Source: a virus
Length of the DNA stretch: 64,000 bases
Virus record (IMG/VR): IMGVR_UViG_3300035696_001556
Span: 64,001 to 128,000 of that record
Reading direction: 5' to 3' (one strand)
Positions 17,484-27,596 of this stretch are shown here, one piece after another. The notes below the pieces were generated by a model, which was not told the origin of the DNA, did no database searches, and saw nothing but the letters and a program-made list of their open reading frames with translations. How positions within the stretch are numbered: position 1 is the stretch's first letter; every line of letters starts with the position of its first letter. Made by a program: the position numbers and the translations under genes.

Positions 17484-20384
17484 ATGGCTATAGGACCTTT
17501 AGAATCATTTGTATTTCCTGGCGTATTCACTCAGACCTTCTCTCAGACTGCCGGTGCATCAGCCGCAGGTAACCCTCGCTTTCCTGCCATTATAGGCGTA
17601 GGCCTAGAACAAATGAGAGTTTCAGCTTTTGAAATGATTCGCGGTTCTTCCGCAGTTGCCGATAATCTTATATTAGATGAGCCGGTTACTGACTGGATAG
17701 GTGGAACACAAGGCACTACGAATAAGTTTACTGTTCAAAATTTCCCTATAGTAACAGGTGATGGTACCGGTACGGTGGCTACGCTTCCTACCGCTGTTAT
17801 CGTTACAGTAAATGGCGATAATGTGGCTGTGAACTCTATAAACGGGCTCACAGGAGAAGTTGATCTCGTAAATGTCCCTCTCATTACAGGTATTGTCAGT
17901 GCAAACTATTACTTTAAGAGAAGGGACACATACGTTCAGAACGAAGTTCTTACTTTTCAGGCCGATGGGACTAGAACAGTTTTCAAAGTAAAAAATGCTC
18001 GTATAGTAAATGGAAATAACGGAGGGCAGTCCGCTACAGATTCAGATATCGGAACACAAGTAAAAATTCTTTATGGTCCAGCAGGTCATCAACAAGTAAT
18101 CACAGTACCAGTTATATTAGTAAAAGTAAATAATGTCGTAGCGACCGTGACATCAATTGACGGTGCCCATGGTACTTTTACTTTAAGTGCAGCTCCAGTG
18201 AATGGCGCTACGGTAATTGTTACCTATTTTACAAGTTTGTGGCAGGATACTTACGATATTCTTCCTGCAGCTGTCGTTGCAGATCTTGTACAAGTTGGTC
18301 TTAGTGCGGATACTTCCGATTATTCCATTGGAAAAGATTGTGTGCTTGCTGGCAATAACCAGATCCACTGGGGTATCTCACAAGTCCTTAGTACAGGTAT
18401 TTATACAGCCGGATCAACTCCATTGATCGATAACGTTACGACTTCTCTCACAGACACTCTTGTTTGTGGTAGGTTGTCTGCTCCAGCTCAAATACTTGTA
18501 GATACCAACGGTAATCCAATTTTAGATACTAACGGTAATGAGATAAATGCTGTTGGAAATACTAGTTTTACTCTAGCTTCACAGCCTGTAGACGGTGGCG
18601 GAACTGGTACAAAAACATCTGATCCAGACAAAATTACAGCATATGTAGGTCCAACATGGCTGGCAGCGCAGTTAGCAGGTCCAGTTACAGTAGTTGGTAT
18701 AGAAGGTCTGACGGTAACTTTAGAGACTGCCCCGACTGGTTCTACTACACCTTCTCTTAACAATTTTGTTTACATTACCTACTATGAAAACTTGATAGTG
18801 GACGATACTTGGACAATTACGAATCAAGTTCCTGGAGCCGCTGGTGTAGGTAGGTATTCCGTAGTTTCACAATTAAATGGAACAGCTTTGGATTTAAACC
18901 AAGCTCCTGGTGGAACAATAGATCCCGTGTATGTGACAGGAACCGTGCAACAAGTTAATCCACTTACAGCCATCGTAGAAACAATAACGGTTACTTTTGA
19001 TGGGGTAGAGGGATTTAATGTAACTGGCACTAAAACAGGAACTGGTCCAACAAATAAAGGATATCTGGGCCAGACTTACATAGATTCCGTAACCGGTTTC
19101 AGAGTAACTTTTAGCAACACTGGATTTACTCCTGCTTCTGGTAAGACAGTTCTTTATTGGGCAGGTTATCCAACTGATCCGACAATAAGTCAGACATGGT
19201 TCAAAGCCGCAACCACTACCACCGAAGCTATACCGGGCATTGCTCTTACAGTCTCAACCACATATGGTGGAGGTACGGATAATACAGGAGATACAGTTAT
19301 CCTTCTTACTATCAATAGAAGCGGTAACGAGCCTGCAAACGGAGATTCCTATTACGTTACTTTTGACAAAGAGAAAACTGATTTTACAACTATAGGCTAT
19401 TACACGGACATGCGCGGTGTTATTACAGATTACGGTCCTCTATCTATCACAAACAAAATTGTAGTCGGTGCAAATCTAGCTTTCATTAACGGAGCTAGAT
19501 CAGTAGCTCTCCTTCAAATTCAGAAGACTACTGGTGGAACAGATGCCCCGGCGCAGTCCTACATGGATGCTATCGACGAATTCAATAATCCTCTTCCTAA
19601 TGGTTTGAGACCTAGTTTCATTCAACCTATGACTACGGATCCTACTGTTCAGGCTTATTTGGCTACTTCTAATGCTACTCAGTCTAGCATCAAGTATCGT
19701 AACGAGAGAACCAGCGTTGTGGGATTCCCGTTCGGAACGACTCCGCAATTGGCTATACAGCAATGTCAGTCCCTTGCTACAGAGAAAATTACGGCTGTTT
19801 ACCCTGAAGCGGCAGTAATAACAATTACTGATGCTTTTGGTAACTCAGTTCAGTATCTCGTTGATGGATCTTTCCTTGCTGTTGCAGTTGCAGGCTTAGA
19901 CTGTTCACCTGCTACAGACATAGCCACACCATTAACTAACAGCAATGTTGTTGGTTTCGACAGGCTATATCGTACGCTGGACGAAGTTACTGCAGCACTT
20001 GTAGCTAACTCGGGTTGCACAGTACTGGAATATGACATACCTAATATCGTCATAAAGATGTATTTGACGACAGATTTGAGTACAGTTCTTACGAGAGATC
20101 CTCGTATCGTTGAAGTGAAGCATTATGTTCAGCAAGGTTTGAGAACTAATCTGAAGCAGTACATTGGCGTAAAGAACTTGCCGACTTATATACCTCAGAT
20201 CACAAGAACAGTGAACGCATACTTCAGCATTCTCCAGAACTCGCAATTGATAACGGCCTTCAAGGGAATCAATGTCGTACAGGATGCTAATGATCCTTCT
20301 ACGGTTGATGTAACGGCTTTCTACAGTCCAGTCTTCCCGTTGAACTGGATCATAGTGACACTTAACTTGAATCAGAGTTTATAA
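17484..20384 (+). CDS. Contractile tail sheath protein
   Basis: N-terminal FVFPGVFTQ, C-terminal sheath domain (VDGSFLAVAVAG...PLTN...VDVTAFYSPVFPLNWIIVT), 966 aa with inserted domains, RBS AAGGAG. Confidence 0.92.
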   Translation: MAIGPLESFVFPGVFTQTFSQTAGASAAGNPRFPAIIGVGLEQMRVSAFEMIRGSSAVADNLILDEPVTDWIGGTQGTTNKFTVQNFPIVTGDGTGTVATLPTAVIVTVNGDNVAVNSINGLTGEVDLVNVPLITGIVSANYYFKRRDTYVQNEVLTFQADGTRTVFKVKNARIVNGNNGGQSATDSDIGTQVKILYGPAGHQQVITVPVILVKVNNVVATVTSIDGAHGTFTLSAAPVNGATVIVTYFTSLWQDTYDILPAAVVADLVQVGLSADTSDYSIGKDCVLAGNNQIHWGISQVLSTGIYTAGSTPLIDNVTTSLTDTLVCGRLSAPAQILVDTNGNPILDTNGNEINAVGNTSFTLASQPVDGGGTGTKTSDPDKITAYVGPTWLAAQLAGPVTVVGIEGLTVTLETAPTGSTTPSLNNFVYITYYENLIVDDTWTITNQVPGAAGVGRYSVVSQLNGTALDLNQAPGGTIDPVYVTGTVQQVNPLTAIVETITVTFDGVEGFNVTGTKTGTGPTNKGYLGQTYIDSVTGFRVTFSNTGFTPASGKTVLYWAGYPTDPTISQTWFKAATTTTEAIPGIALTVSTTYGGGTDNTGDTVILLTINRSGNEPANGDSYYVTFDKEKTDFTTIGYYTDMRGVITDYGPLSITNKIVVGANLAFINGARSVALLQIQKTTGGTDAPAQSYMDAIDEFNNPLPNGLRPSFIQPMTTDPTVQAYLATSNATQSSIKYRNERTSVVGFPFGTTPQLAIQQCQSLATEKITAVYPEAAVITITDAFGNSVQYLVDGSFLAVAVAGLDCSPATDIATPLTNSNVVGFDRLYRTLDEVTAALVANSGCTVLEYDIPNIVIKMYLTTDLSTVLTRDPRIVEVKHYVQQGLRTNLKQYIGVKNLPTYIPQITRTVNAYFSILQNSQLITAFKGINVVQDANDPSTVDVTAFYSPVFPLNWIIVTLNLNQSL

Positions 20385-20390
20385 AATAAA

Positions 20391-20414
20391 TCCCATGTCA
20401 TTTCAGGCGTGGGA
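20391..20414. terminator. Hairpin after the sheath gene (terminator or mRNA-stabilising stem)
   Basis: TCCCATGTC pairs with GGCGTGGGA, 9 bp including two G-U pairs. No + strand U-tract. Confidence 0.4.
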
Positions 20415-20482
20415 CTATGAAATCGGAATCAATAACTTAATATGATCTCCTTAATTAGGGGAGACGAACCTAGGAGCTGATA

Positions 20483-21553
20483 ATGGATAAGATGGCATTA
20501 GCAGACAGATTTGAAGGCTACTCGAGCATTTTTGCTAACGATCACCCAATAGGCGTAGATCTTAAGGCCATGGCTGACACGCTTAGGAAAATGCCTGAAG
20601 AGAAATTCACTAGTATTGTAAACGCTAGCTATAAAGAAGAGAAGAAGGACAAGGACGAGAAAGACAAAGAAGCCTTTGTTATGACTCCTCCGGTTGCTCC
20701 TGGAGCTGGTGCACAGTTAGGTACAAGGCAACCAGTACTTCCTGTTCCGGGTGGGATACATTCTGCATATCCTGGCATGAAGCCGGAAAAAGGAATGATC
20801 ACGCCTCAGCTTATGGAAAGGATCAAGAATGAAGTCAAGCTCTCTCCTGAGCAGGTGAAGAAATTTGAAGCGTTGGCTCTAGGTGAAGCAGCAGAGGTAG
20901 AGGCTGGAGCTGGAATGAAGCCAACGGTAGATCCTTGGACGAAACAAGCAGCAAATCATGTCGCCCAGAATCTTCTGAGAGATGTTCTTGGTATGAATAA
21001 GACTCAGATTGAGGACACTCATCGTCATCAGACTAAGGTTCAGGACCCTGATGGTGACAAGACCCCAGAGCTCAAGCATACAAGGGAACAGGCCGCAGAC
21101 ACAGGAAGAGCTTTGACCCCAGAGCAAGTGCCGAGTGTTAAAGAAAAACTTGATTCACACATATACCCAAAATCGAAAGGTGCCATTGAAGGAGTCACAA
21201 AGAAACTAGCTACTTCGACAGAAGAGACTCCTGAGTCAACTTCTGCAGAGCCTCAGGATATTAAGAAGAAAGAAAAAGAAGAGAAGGATGCTGCAAAAAT
21301 GACACCTGAAGATACTGCAAAGAAGGTAAAGAAAATGGAAGACGAGAAGAAAAAAGAAGAGGCCAAGGCCAAGTCAAGACCAGAGGCTGAAGCAGCTCCA
21401 GCAGAGAAAGAAAAAGAGAAAGCAGGAGCAGAAGCAGAAGCCAATGTCCTTACAGCCGAAGGCATCGAATTCGAAAATGTTATGCAGGACGGTATTGATC
21501 CAAATAGTCCTGAGATTCAGAAGTTGAGTTCTTTGTTTGAAATGAAGAAATAA
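20483..21553 (+). CDS. Hypothetical charged, low-complexity protein
   Basis: 356 aa, RBS AGGAG, Lys/Glu/Ala-rich. Confidence 0.75.
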   Translation: MDKMALADRFEGYSSIFANDHPIGVDLKAMADTLRKMPEEKFTSIVNASYKEEKKDKDEKDKEAFVMTPPVAPGAGAQLGTRQPVLPVPGGIHSAYPGMKPEKGMITPQLMERIKNEVKLSPEQVKKFEALALGEAAEVEAGAGMKPTVDPWTKQAANHVAQNLLRDVLGMNKTQIEDTHRHQTKVQDPDGDKTPELKHTREQAADTGRALTPEQVPSVKEKLDSHIYPKSKGAIEGVTKKLATSTEETPESTSAEPQDIKKKEKEEKDAAKMTPEDTAKKVKKMEDEKKKEEAKAKSRPEAEAAPAEKEKEKAGAEAEANVLTAEGIEFENVMQDGIDPNSPEIQKLSSLFEMKK

Positions 21554-21572
21554 TTTTTAGAGGAGAATACAA

Positions 21573-22274
21573 ATGCCAGTATCAGCACAGAATACTTACA
21601 CGAATTTGCGCTATGGTGTTTCTCCTGAGACCTTATCGGTAATCAGTGCCAGGAACAGGATGTATGCCGTTCCAGCATGGGCAGGAACTACTAGCACGCC
21701 TGTACAAGTAGGCGTTGTTGCCAGTTTTAACCCATCTGAAGGGCGTACAATCGAGCCTGTAAGAGGTATAGGTTACGGTGATAGGGTAATGGAGTTAGTA
21801 CCTGGTATGACGGATCCTATGACTATGACTGTTACAAGAACAGCGCAATACCTATCTTTGATCATGCAAGTTTTTGGTTATAAAGGTGGCGTAGACGGTA
21901 TTTGCCGTTCTTTGAGACATCACAAGTATCCGTTTGATATCAGGCAGGAACTCATTATAGGAGCTCTGGCCATAGACGCAGATAACGGTAGTGTTACAGC
22001 TCCTAATTCTTCGGCTTGGGTCGTAGCTCCAACAGGCGGTGATCAATCTGTATTTCCTGATGGAAGCACACAAGCGTTGAGTGCCCTTCTTACACTTTTC
22101 GAAGCATGCTGGATGGCCGACTGGTCGGTGACATATGCTTCGGATACGGCACTTGTCCAAGAAGACGCGACCATTAACGTTACAGATATCATTGCAGCCG
22201 AGAATCTGTTTCCGAATGATACGTCTGACTTGTTCGCAGCTGGAGCTATTTCTAGTTTGGTTAAGACGGGTTAA
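21573..22274 (+). CDS. Tail tube protein
   Basis: Follows the sheath gene. VGVVASFNPSEGRTIEPVRGIG...ELVPG...PFDIRQE...FEACWMADWSVTY...VQEDATINVTDI is typical of myovirus tube proteins. Confidence 0.82.
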   Translation: MPVSAQNTYTNLRYGVSPETLSVISARNRMYAVPAWAGTTSTPVQVGVVASFNPSEGRTIEPVRGIGYGDRVMELVPGMTDPMTMTVTRTAQYLSLIMQVFGYKGGVDGICRSLRHHKYPFDIRQELIIGALAIDADNGSVTAPNSSAWVVAPTGGDQSVFPDGSTQALSALLTLFEACWMADWSVTYASDTALVQEDATINVTDIIAAENLFPNDTSDLFAAGAISSLVKTG

Positions 22275-22417
22275 CGGTTCCGGGAATATTCGAGAGCATC
22301 CATCCTCATTCACAATGAGGATTACATATTCATATAAGATTTTATATCTATATCTCAGTAAGATAATAACAGATAATATCCTCAATTTCCTCCTCGGAAT
22401 ATTCCTACATGTCCGTT
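22273..22417. ncRNA. Putative structured intergenic RNA (multi-stem)
   Basis: Closing stem 22283-22294 / 22393-22405 encloses three hairpins; details in findings. Confidence 0.4.
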
Positions 22418-22457
22418 TACCAATTTTTCATGCATATAACATCAAAAAGGGGTTCTT

Positions 22458-23069
22458 ATGTCTATCAAAGACGTCCTAGCTTCTGTTAAGAGTTCTTTTA
22501 CGTTCAAGAAGGAAGTTAAGATAGCTGGAAACAGTTATGAGCTTTCTGTCCTCAGCATGGAACAGGAAAAGAAAGTCAACGGTTATCTTGACGGCCTGAA
22601 CCAGGAAGACAGTGTCAATTATCTCAATGAACTTAGAAAGTCTTTGCTCTCTGAATCAATAACAGCCATAAACGGAACGACCGTTGATAAGGTTGTTAGT
22701 GATGTCGATATAGAAGGCAAAGAAATAAAAAAAGACAAGGCCATCTTTCTTAAGGAGTTCTTAAGTGATCTTCCTTCCATAGTGATAGCGCAGCTTTTTG
22801 ACGCCTATGTAGATGTCAAAGAGCAGCAAGAGGATATGCTTAAAAAGGAAATGAAGTACGACTGGTTTAAGACTCCGGCTCAGAGGGAAAAGGAACTCGA
22901 GGAAGAAACTAAGAAACAAGAGGAAGAGGCAAAAAAATCAGAAACGGAGACGAAAAAACCAGAGACGGAAGCAGGCAAAGAGCCAGAAGATGTAAAGCTT
23001 ACAAAAGTCACCGAAGTTAAAGAAGAAGAAGCTCCAGAAGTTCCAAAAGTTTCAAAAGCCACAAGATAA
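22458..23069 (+). CDS. Putative tail assembly chaperone 1
   Basis: Between tube and tape measure. LSESITAING...FLSDLPSIVIAQLFDAY helical motif and an acidic tail. Confidence 0.65.
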   Translation: MSIKDVLASVKSSFTFKKEVKIAGNSYELSVLSMEQEKKVNGYLDGLNQEDSVNYLNELRKSLLSESITAINGTTVDKVVSDVDIEGKEIKKDKAIFLKEFLSDLPSIVIAQLFDAYVDVKEQQEDMLKKEMKYDWFKTPAQREKELEEETKKQEEEAKKSETETKKPETEAGKEPEDVKLTKVTEVKEEEAPEVPKVSKATR

Positions 23070-23070
23070 A

Positions 23071-24165
23071 ATGAGAGTGGAAAAAGCTTATAGGAATATT
23101 GAAGCTATTATAACGTTCGGCTTTTTGCATAAAGGTCTGCGTTATAAGAACAATATTATTATCTTAAAAACCATAACGGACAAAGAATATCAATTAATAC
23201 CTTTTTATACTACTTATGAGAATCTGGATTCTGTCCTTTATAGGTTGGCTTTTTCTACCTTCATGATTAATGGATACAATTTCTTGGTTGATCGAAATGA
23301 GACTATACCGGAATTGTTTTCATTCTATAACGAACTGTCCACGGTTAGTTTAAACAAGATCATGGATGCCTCCAATAAAGTTTATAACGAGTATATAGAA
23401 TCGTTGGAGTTTTTGGAGGGATTTTGTTATACGGACAGATCTAGAGCTTTGTGGAAGATACTGAGTGGAAAAGATGTTACCACCAAGGGAAGTTATTACG
23501 GGATACAAGGGACGGAAAATCTAGGTTTAAACAGCGCTCAAGAAAGCTGGATAGTCATAAACAGGCAGCTAGATTCAGAAGAAGACTACAATACTCAGTT
23601 TCGTTTGTCATTAATGATAGCAAGCTCGTTCAGCGGCAAAGGGGCACAGAAGATAGAGAATAGCTATGAAGCTCATTTAAAAGAGCTCGAAGAATTAAGA
23701 GCTGATATAGCTAAGTACGGTCACGACAGGAATAGATGGATTAATCAACAGAAAGAAAGAAATGGATGGGGTTACATAGCCAAAACCAGAGAAGATCTGG
23801 TGCGTGAGCTTAACAGGGAAATGTCGGGAGACAAAGATAAGCACGATGCGTATATTGAAAGCTGGATACAGAAGCAAAAAAACCAGGCAGAATTAGCAGA
23901 AAAGGAAGCTGAGAGAAAACGTAAAGAGTTTAGAAACAAACTGAATAACGATATAAACTTCTCGAAGATCGAATACTCAAGAGCAGCTACAGCCGAAGAA
24001 ATAGCAAATTTAGATAAAAAAAGAGTAATTCCAGGTACAGCAAAAGCAACAGATCCTCTGGAAAGAGGCCGTAGATCAGAGGATGTTTTAAAAAAGTTTG
24101 GTAGTACAGTAATTGGCGGCATAACAATGAAACCTGGCGATCAGAGACTTGTGAGACAAGGATAA
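23071..24165 (+). CDS. Putative tail assembly chaperone 2
   Basis: Immediately before the tape measure gene, with a coiled-coil C-terminal half. Confidence 0.55.
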   Translation: MRVEKAYRNIEAIITFGFLHKGLRYKNNIIILKTITDKEYQLIPFYTTYENLDSVLYRLAFSTFMINGYNFLVDRNETIPELFSFYNELSTVSLNKIMDASNKVYNEYIESLEFLEGFCYTDRSRALWKILSGKDVTTKGSYYGIQGTENLGLNSAQESWIVINRQLDSEEDYNTQFRLSLMIASSFSGKGAQKIENSYEAHLKELEELRADIAKYGHDRNRWINQQKERNGWGYIAKTREDLVRELNREMSGDKDKHDAYIESWIQKQKNQAELAEKEAERKRKEFRNKLNNDINFSKIEYSRAATAEEIANLDKKRVIPGTAKATDPLERGRRSEDVLKKFGSTVIGGITMKPGDQRLVRQG

Positions 24166-24168
24166 ATT

Positions 24169-27100
24169 ATGCCTAGCATGGATCCAAGAGATCTTCACAA
24201 CATGGTCAACGAATTAGGTGACCTTAATTCGAACTTAAGAGAAATAGTATCCAACATGGGTAAAGTTGGTACTACTTCTAAATCCATGTCTATGTTTTTT
24301 GAGGCCACCAAAAAAGCCACTACTGATATTAATTCTAAGATCCAGAAAGAAACCAAGAATCTTGCCAGGATAACTCTCGCAGAGAAGCTTAGAAAAACCA
24401 CTATTTCAAAACGCGGACAGATGGTTGCGGGTTTGGCCAAGAAGGAGCAAAAGTGGGTTAATAAGCTTTTGAGTCAAAATTTGAGAAGCGAAAAAATACA
24501 GATTCAAGCAAGGATAAAGAATTTCAAGAAAGAAAAAAGAGAAGCGTCAATGGCCTCTAACTGGGCCATGAAGCAAGATCAAAAAGTTTTAAAAACAAGG
24601 ATAAAGGGCGGTAAAGGGATAGCTAAAGAAGAAGTAAAACTATCCAGATTTGCAAGACAGAAAATATCCAAATACGATTACGATCTGGAGCAAAAGAGTG
24701 AACAGGTAAAAAAGAAGACGCACAAAGGAGCTATAGCTGGAGATATAGCCGATATAGGCGGTATATTAGGCAGGCCTTTCAAAGAAAAATCTCTTAATCC
24801 TCTTAGGTGGGTCCAAACGGGATTCAAAACTGGTGGAGCTTTAAAAGAGGCTTCTGAAGGGATGCAGAAGTGGTCTACCGTATTGAAGGGCTCTAAAGGT
24901 GGTAAAAAGAGTACCAAAAAAATAGCAGAGAACATTGGAGATGTACTAGAAGATGCTACCAGTAATATAGGTAAAGTCAAAGCTGGAAAAATTTCTAAAA
25001 AACTGTCTAAAGTAGCTGGCGTAGGTAAGGGAGCTGGTAAAGGTGCTGGAGAATCTTTTGGTAAAGCAGCTCAGGGATTAGGGATGCTAGTTAAAATAGT
25101 TGACGCCCTGTCTATGGCTTTGGGAGTATTAAGTAAAATGAATTGGATTTTTGCGCTCATTTCAGCCATGTCCGCTATAATCTCTACCGGCATAGAGCTG
25201 GATAAGTTTTTCAAGGAGCTTAATAAGACATTTCTTGATATGGCTGGATCGACCTTGGGAACCGGGGATATGGTTAAAAATATGTCAAATTTCAATGATG
25301 CAGTATTCAGTCTAAACAGGAACTTGAAGCTGGGACTTAAACCAGAAGATATCCAGGGGATGTTTAAAGCCATGTCTGGTGCCGGTGTAGTTCCTACTAA
25401 TTTGGATAAACAAGCGGGTGGATATGGTAAAGTAATAGAAATGGTAAGAAAGACAAACATAGATCTTGGTATATCTTTTGAAGAGGCTGGCAAGACGATA
25501 GGCGAGCAGATGATGAATTTGAGAGATACTTTTGATAAATCTAGAAAATCTCTACAAGTTATGGGTTTTGAAGCTACGAAAGCAGGAGTCCAATCCAATA
25601 AGTTTTACGCAGCCATAGAAAATTCAGTGTCGGCACTATCCTTCCTTGGAAACTTCACCAAGCAGGCGTCAGCGTCTTTGACGGCTTTCATGAAACAGAG
25701 CGGATTAAGTTTCAAAGATGCATCAAAAGCTGCAGATGAATATATGCAAGTTTTCGAAAAAATGGATTGGAAACAGATGCAGGTAGCCTTTGCCATGGCG
25801 GGACCAGATCTTATAAAATCCATGGATCAGGCCAGCAAAGAACTTATTGAGGAACCGCTAAATGGTCTCAAGGATAGAATGAAGAGCCTACAAAAACAGC
25901 TTGCTGCAACAACAGAAGAAGGTGCAAGAAAAGATCTCACCAAACAAATGTCAGATCTCGGTGATCAAATAAATGCTTTGGCAATCAGATCAAAAGGATA
26001 TGCCGATGCGTTGAAAGATTACCAGAGAACCGGGGCAGTCGGAAGACTTCAACAATATAGAGATTTGCTTACAGGATCGTTGGCCACTACTATTACATCC
26101 ATAATGCAGAGACAAGGCCTTGGAACAAAAGATTTTGGTGGAGGCAATTATACAGCAATTTTAGAAATGCTCAAAAAAGGTTTAGGTGTTAGCGACACTT
26201 TAATGACGGCAATGACCCAAGAATTTGAAAATTTAGATGTAAATTTTGATACCTTAGGTCAGTCTTTAAATAATGAAAATGTGGTTAAAGCACTTAAAGA
26301 TAATGGAAAAGAGCAAGCTAATAAGTTGGAAACGTTGATTACAAATGCTAAAGCCCATAAGGATGATACAAGATTTTTGGATGAGCTCTATGACGAAACA
26401 AGAGACATGGGAAAAAATCAATTACATATGGGAGATGACGAGGCAACCGCTTTTGCAGGAAGCATAAAGCAACTAGTATCTACTGGTGGCGGAGCAGATG
26501 AAATAGTGTCTTGGTTAAAAGATATGTCCACAGACGAAAATAAAAAGACTAAAAAATTTGACAAGCCAGGACTTCTGCAACAGGGTAAAATAGTACAAAG
26601 CACACACAAAGCAGCACTGGCCTCAGAAGATGGTTTTGAAAAAATGAGTAAGCAGGATATAGACCTCATAGCCAATACGACGTCTATGCCAGACTATCTG
26701 GAAATAGCCAAGCAATCCTTAAAATATATAGCCGCTGAGAAAACTGAGGATATTTTAAAAGGCATAGGCAGAAGCGTTATCAACATAATGAGTGATGTCT
26801 CCATATTAGCTTCTGATAAAAGACAGCAACAACAAGATAAAATAGATAAAATTCTTAATCAAAAAACATTTTTAGGATCAAAATCCGTCAAAGAGCAAGA
26901 AGAGAATATTGCGCAAGAGAAATTTAATTTACAGAAATTAAAACAAACTCAAGCAGAACAAGGTGACAAAGTAGCTCCAGATGTAAAAGCGGGATTACAA
27001 AAAGAAATTGATGCCGCTCAAGCTAACATTAACAAGCTTGAAGCTAAGGCAAAAAAAGATGTTCTTGATGTAGCAAATCAACATATGCCTCTGTTTTTAG

Positions 27101-27594
27101 GAAAAACTGCTACTCAAGACTATCTTAATGCAGCTACAGCAGCAGCGGAAAACGTAGCAGCTACAAAAGAACAAGAGTTGTATCATCCTAAATCTGAAGC
27201 CGCGACCGCAGATGATGTTAAAAAAGCTCTTAATGTAGGTGTTAAGAATACTCCAGCTCCAACTAAAGCGAATGATTTAGATGTCTCTAAGGGTGGGTTA
27301 GCTTTATTGGCAAGAGGAGATAAAGTTTTTAATGAAGCCGCAGCGGGAGTGGCAGGGGCAAAAGGCTCTTTAATAGAGAGTATACTAAGTAAAATGGGTT
27401 TATTTAATACTCCTATGGCTAAAGGTAAAATGGGAAATCAAGCCGGTCAATACGAGATTAACTTGGGTGGTATACATATTAATGGAAATGTAGAAGATCC
27501 TATCGTAGTTAGGCAGGTTGGAGACAAGCTAGTAGATATGGTAAAACAGGTCGTTATAAATTATGACCGCGAAAAGCAGCTTAAGACAGGATAA
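24169..27594 (+). CDS. Tail tape measure protein
   Basis: 1141 aa, Ala/Lys/Gly/Met-rich and helical, with a hydrophobic stretch (LGMLVKIVDALSMALGVLSKMNWIFALISAMSAII). Canonical gene position. Confidence 0.82.
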   Translation: MPSMDPRDLHNMVNELGDLNSNLREIVSNMGKVGTTSKSMSMFFEATKKATTDINSKIQKETKNLARITLAEKLRKTTISKRGQMVAGLAKKEQKWVNKLLSQNLRSEKIQIQARIKNFKKEKREASMASNWAMKQDQKVLKTRIKGGKGIAKEEVKLSRFARQKISKYDYDLEQKSEQVKKKTHKGAIAGDIADIGGILGRPFKEKSLNPLRWVQTGFKTGGALKEASEGMQKWSTVLKGSKGGKKSTKKIAENIGDVLEDATSNIGKVKAGKISKKLSKVAGVGKGAGKGAGESFGKAAQGLGMLVKIVDALSMALGVLSKMNWIFALISAMSAIISTGIELDKFFKELNKTFLDMAGSTLGTGDMVKNMSNFNDAVFSLNRNLKLGLKPEDIQGMFKAMSGAGVVPTNLDKQAGGYGKVIEMVRKTNIDLGISFEEAGKTIGEQMMNLRDTFDKSRKSLQVMGFEATKAGVQSNKFYAAIENSVSALSFLGNFTKQASASLTAFMKQSGLSFKDASKAADEYMQVFEKMDWKQMQVAFAMAGPDLIKSMDQASKELIEEPLNGLKDRMKSLQKQLAATTEEGARKDLTKQMSDLGDQINALAIRSKGYADALKDYQRTGAVGRLQQYRDLLTGSLATTITSIMQRQGLGTKDFGGGNYTAILEMLKKGLGVSDTLMTAMTQEFENLDVNFDTLGQSLNNENVVKALKDNGKEQANKLETLITNAKAHKDDTRFLDELYDETRDMGKNQLHMGDDEATAFAGSIKQLVSTGGGADEIVSWLKDMSTDENKKTKKFDKPGLLQQGKIVQSTHKAALASEDGFEKMSKQDIDLIANTTSMPDYLEIAKQSLKYIAAEKTEDILKGIGRSVINIMSDVSILASDKRQQQQDKIDKILNQKTFLGSKSVKEQEENIAQEKFNLQKLKQTQAEQGDKVAPDVKAGLQKEIDAAQANINKLEAKAKKDVLDVANQHMPLFLGKTATQDYLNAATAAAENVAATKEQELYHPKSEAATADDVKKALNVGVKNTPAPTKANDLDVSKGGLALLARGDKVFNEAAAGVAGAKGSLIESILSKMGLFNTPMAKGKMGNQAGQYEINLGGIHINGNVEDPIVVRQVGDKLVDMVKQVVINYDREKQLKTG

Positions 27595-27596
27595 TT

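Noticed and set aside
21852-22385. 177-aa minus-strand ORF with GAGGAGG near a TTG start
   Set aside because: It is mostly antisense to the tube gene, the RBS spacing is only about 3 nt and the product is not protein-like. A short real peptide cannot be fully excluded.
22458-24165. Programmed -1 frameshift between tail chaperones (lambda G/GT type)
   Set aside because: The ORFs are separated by a stop plus 1 nt, the second has its own ATG, and I found no convincing slippery heptamer at the junction.
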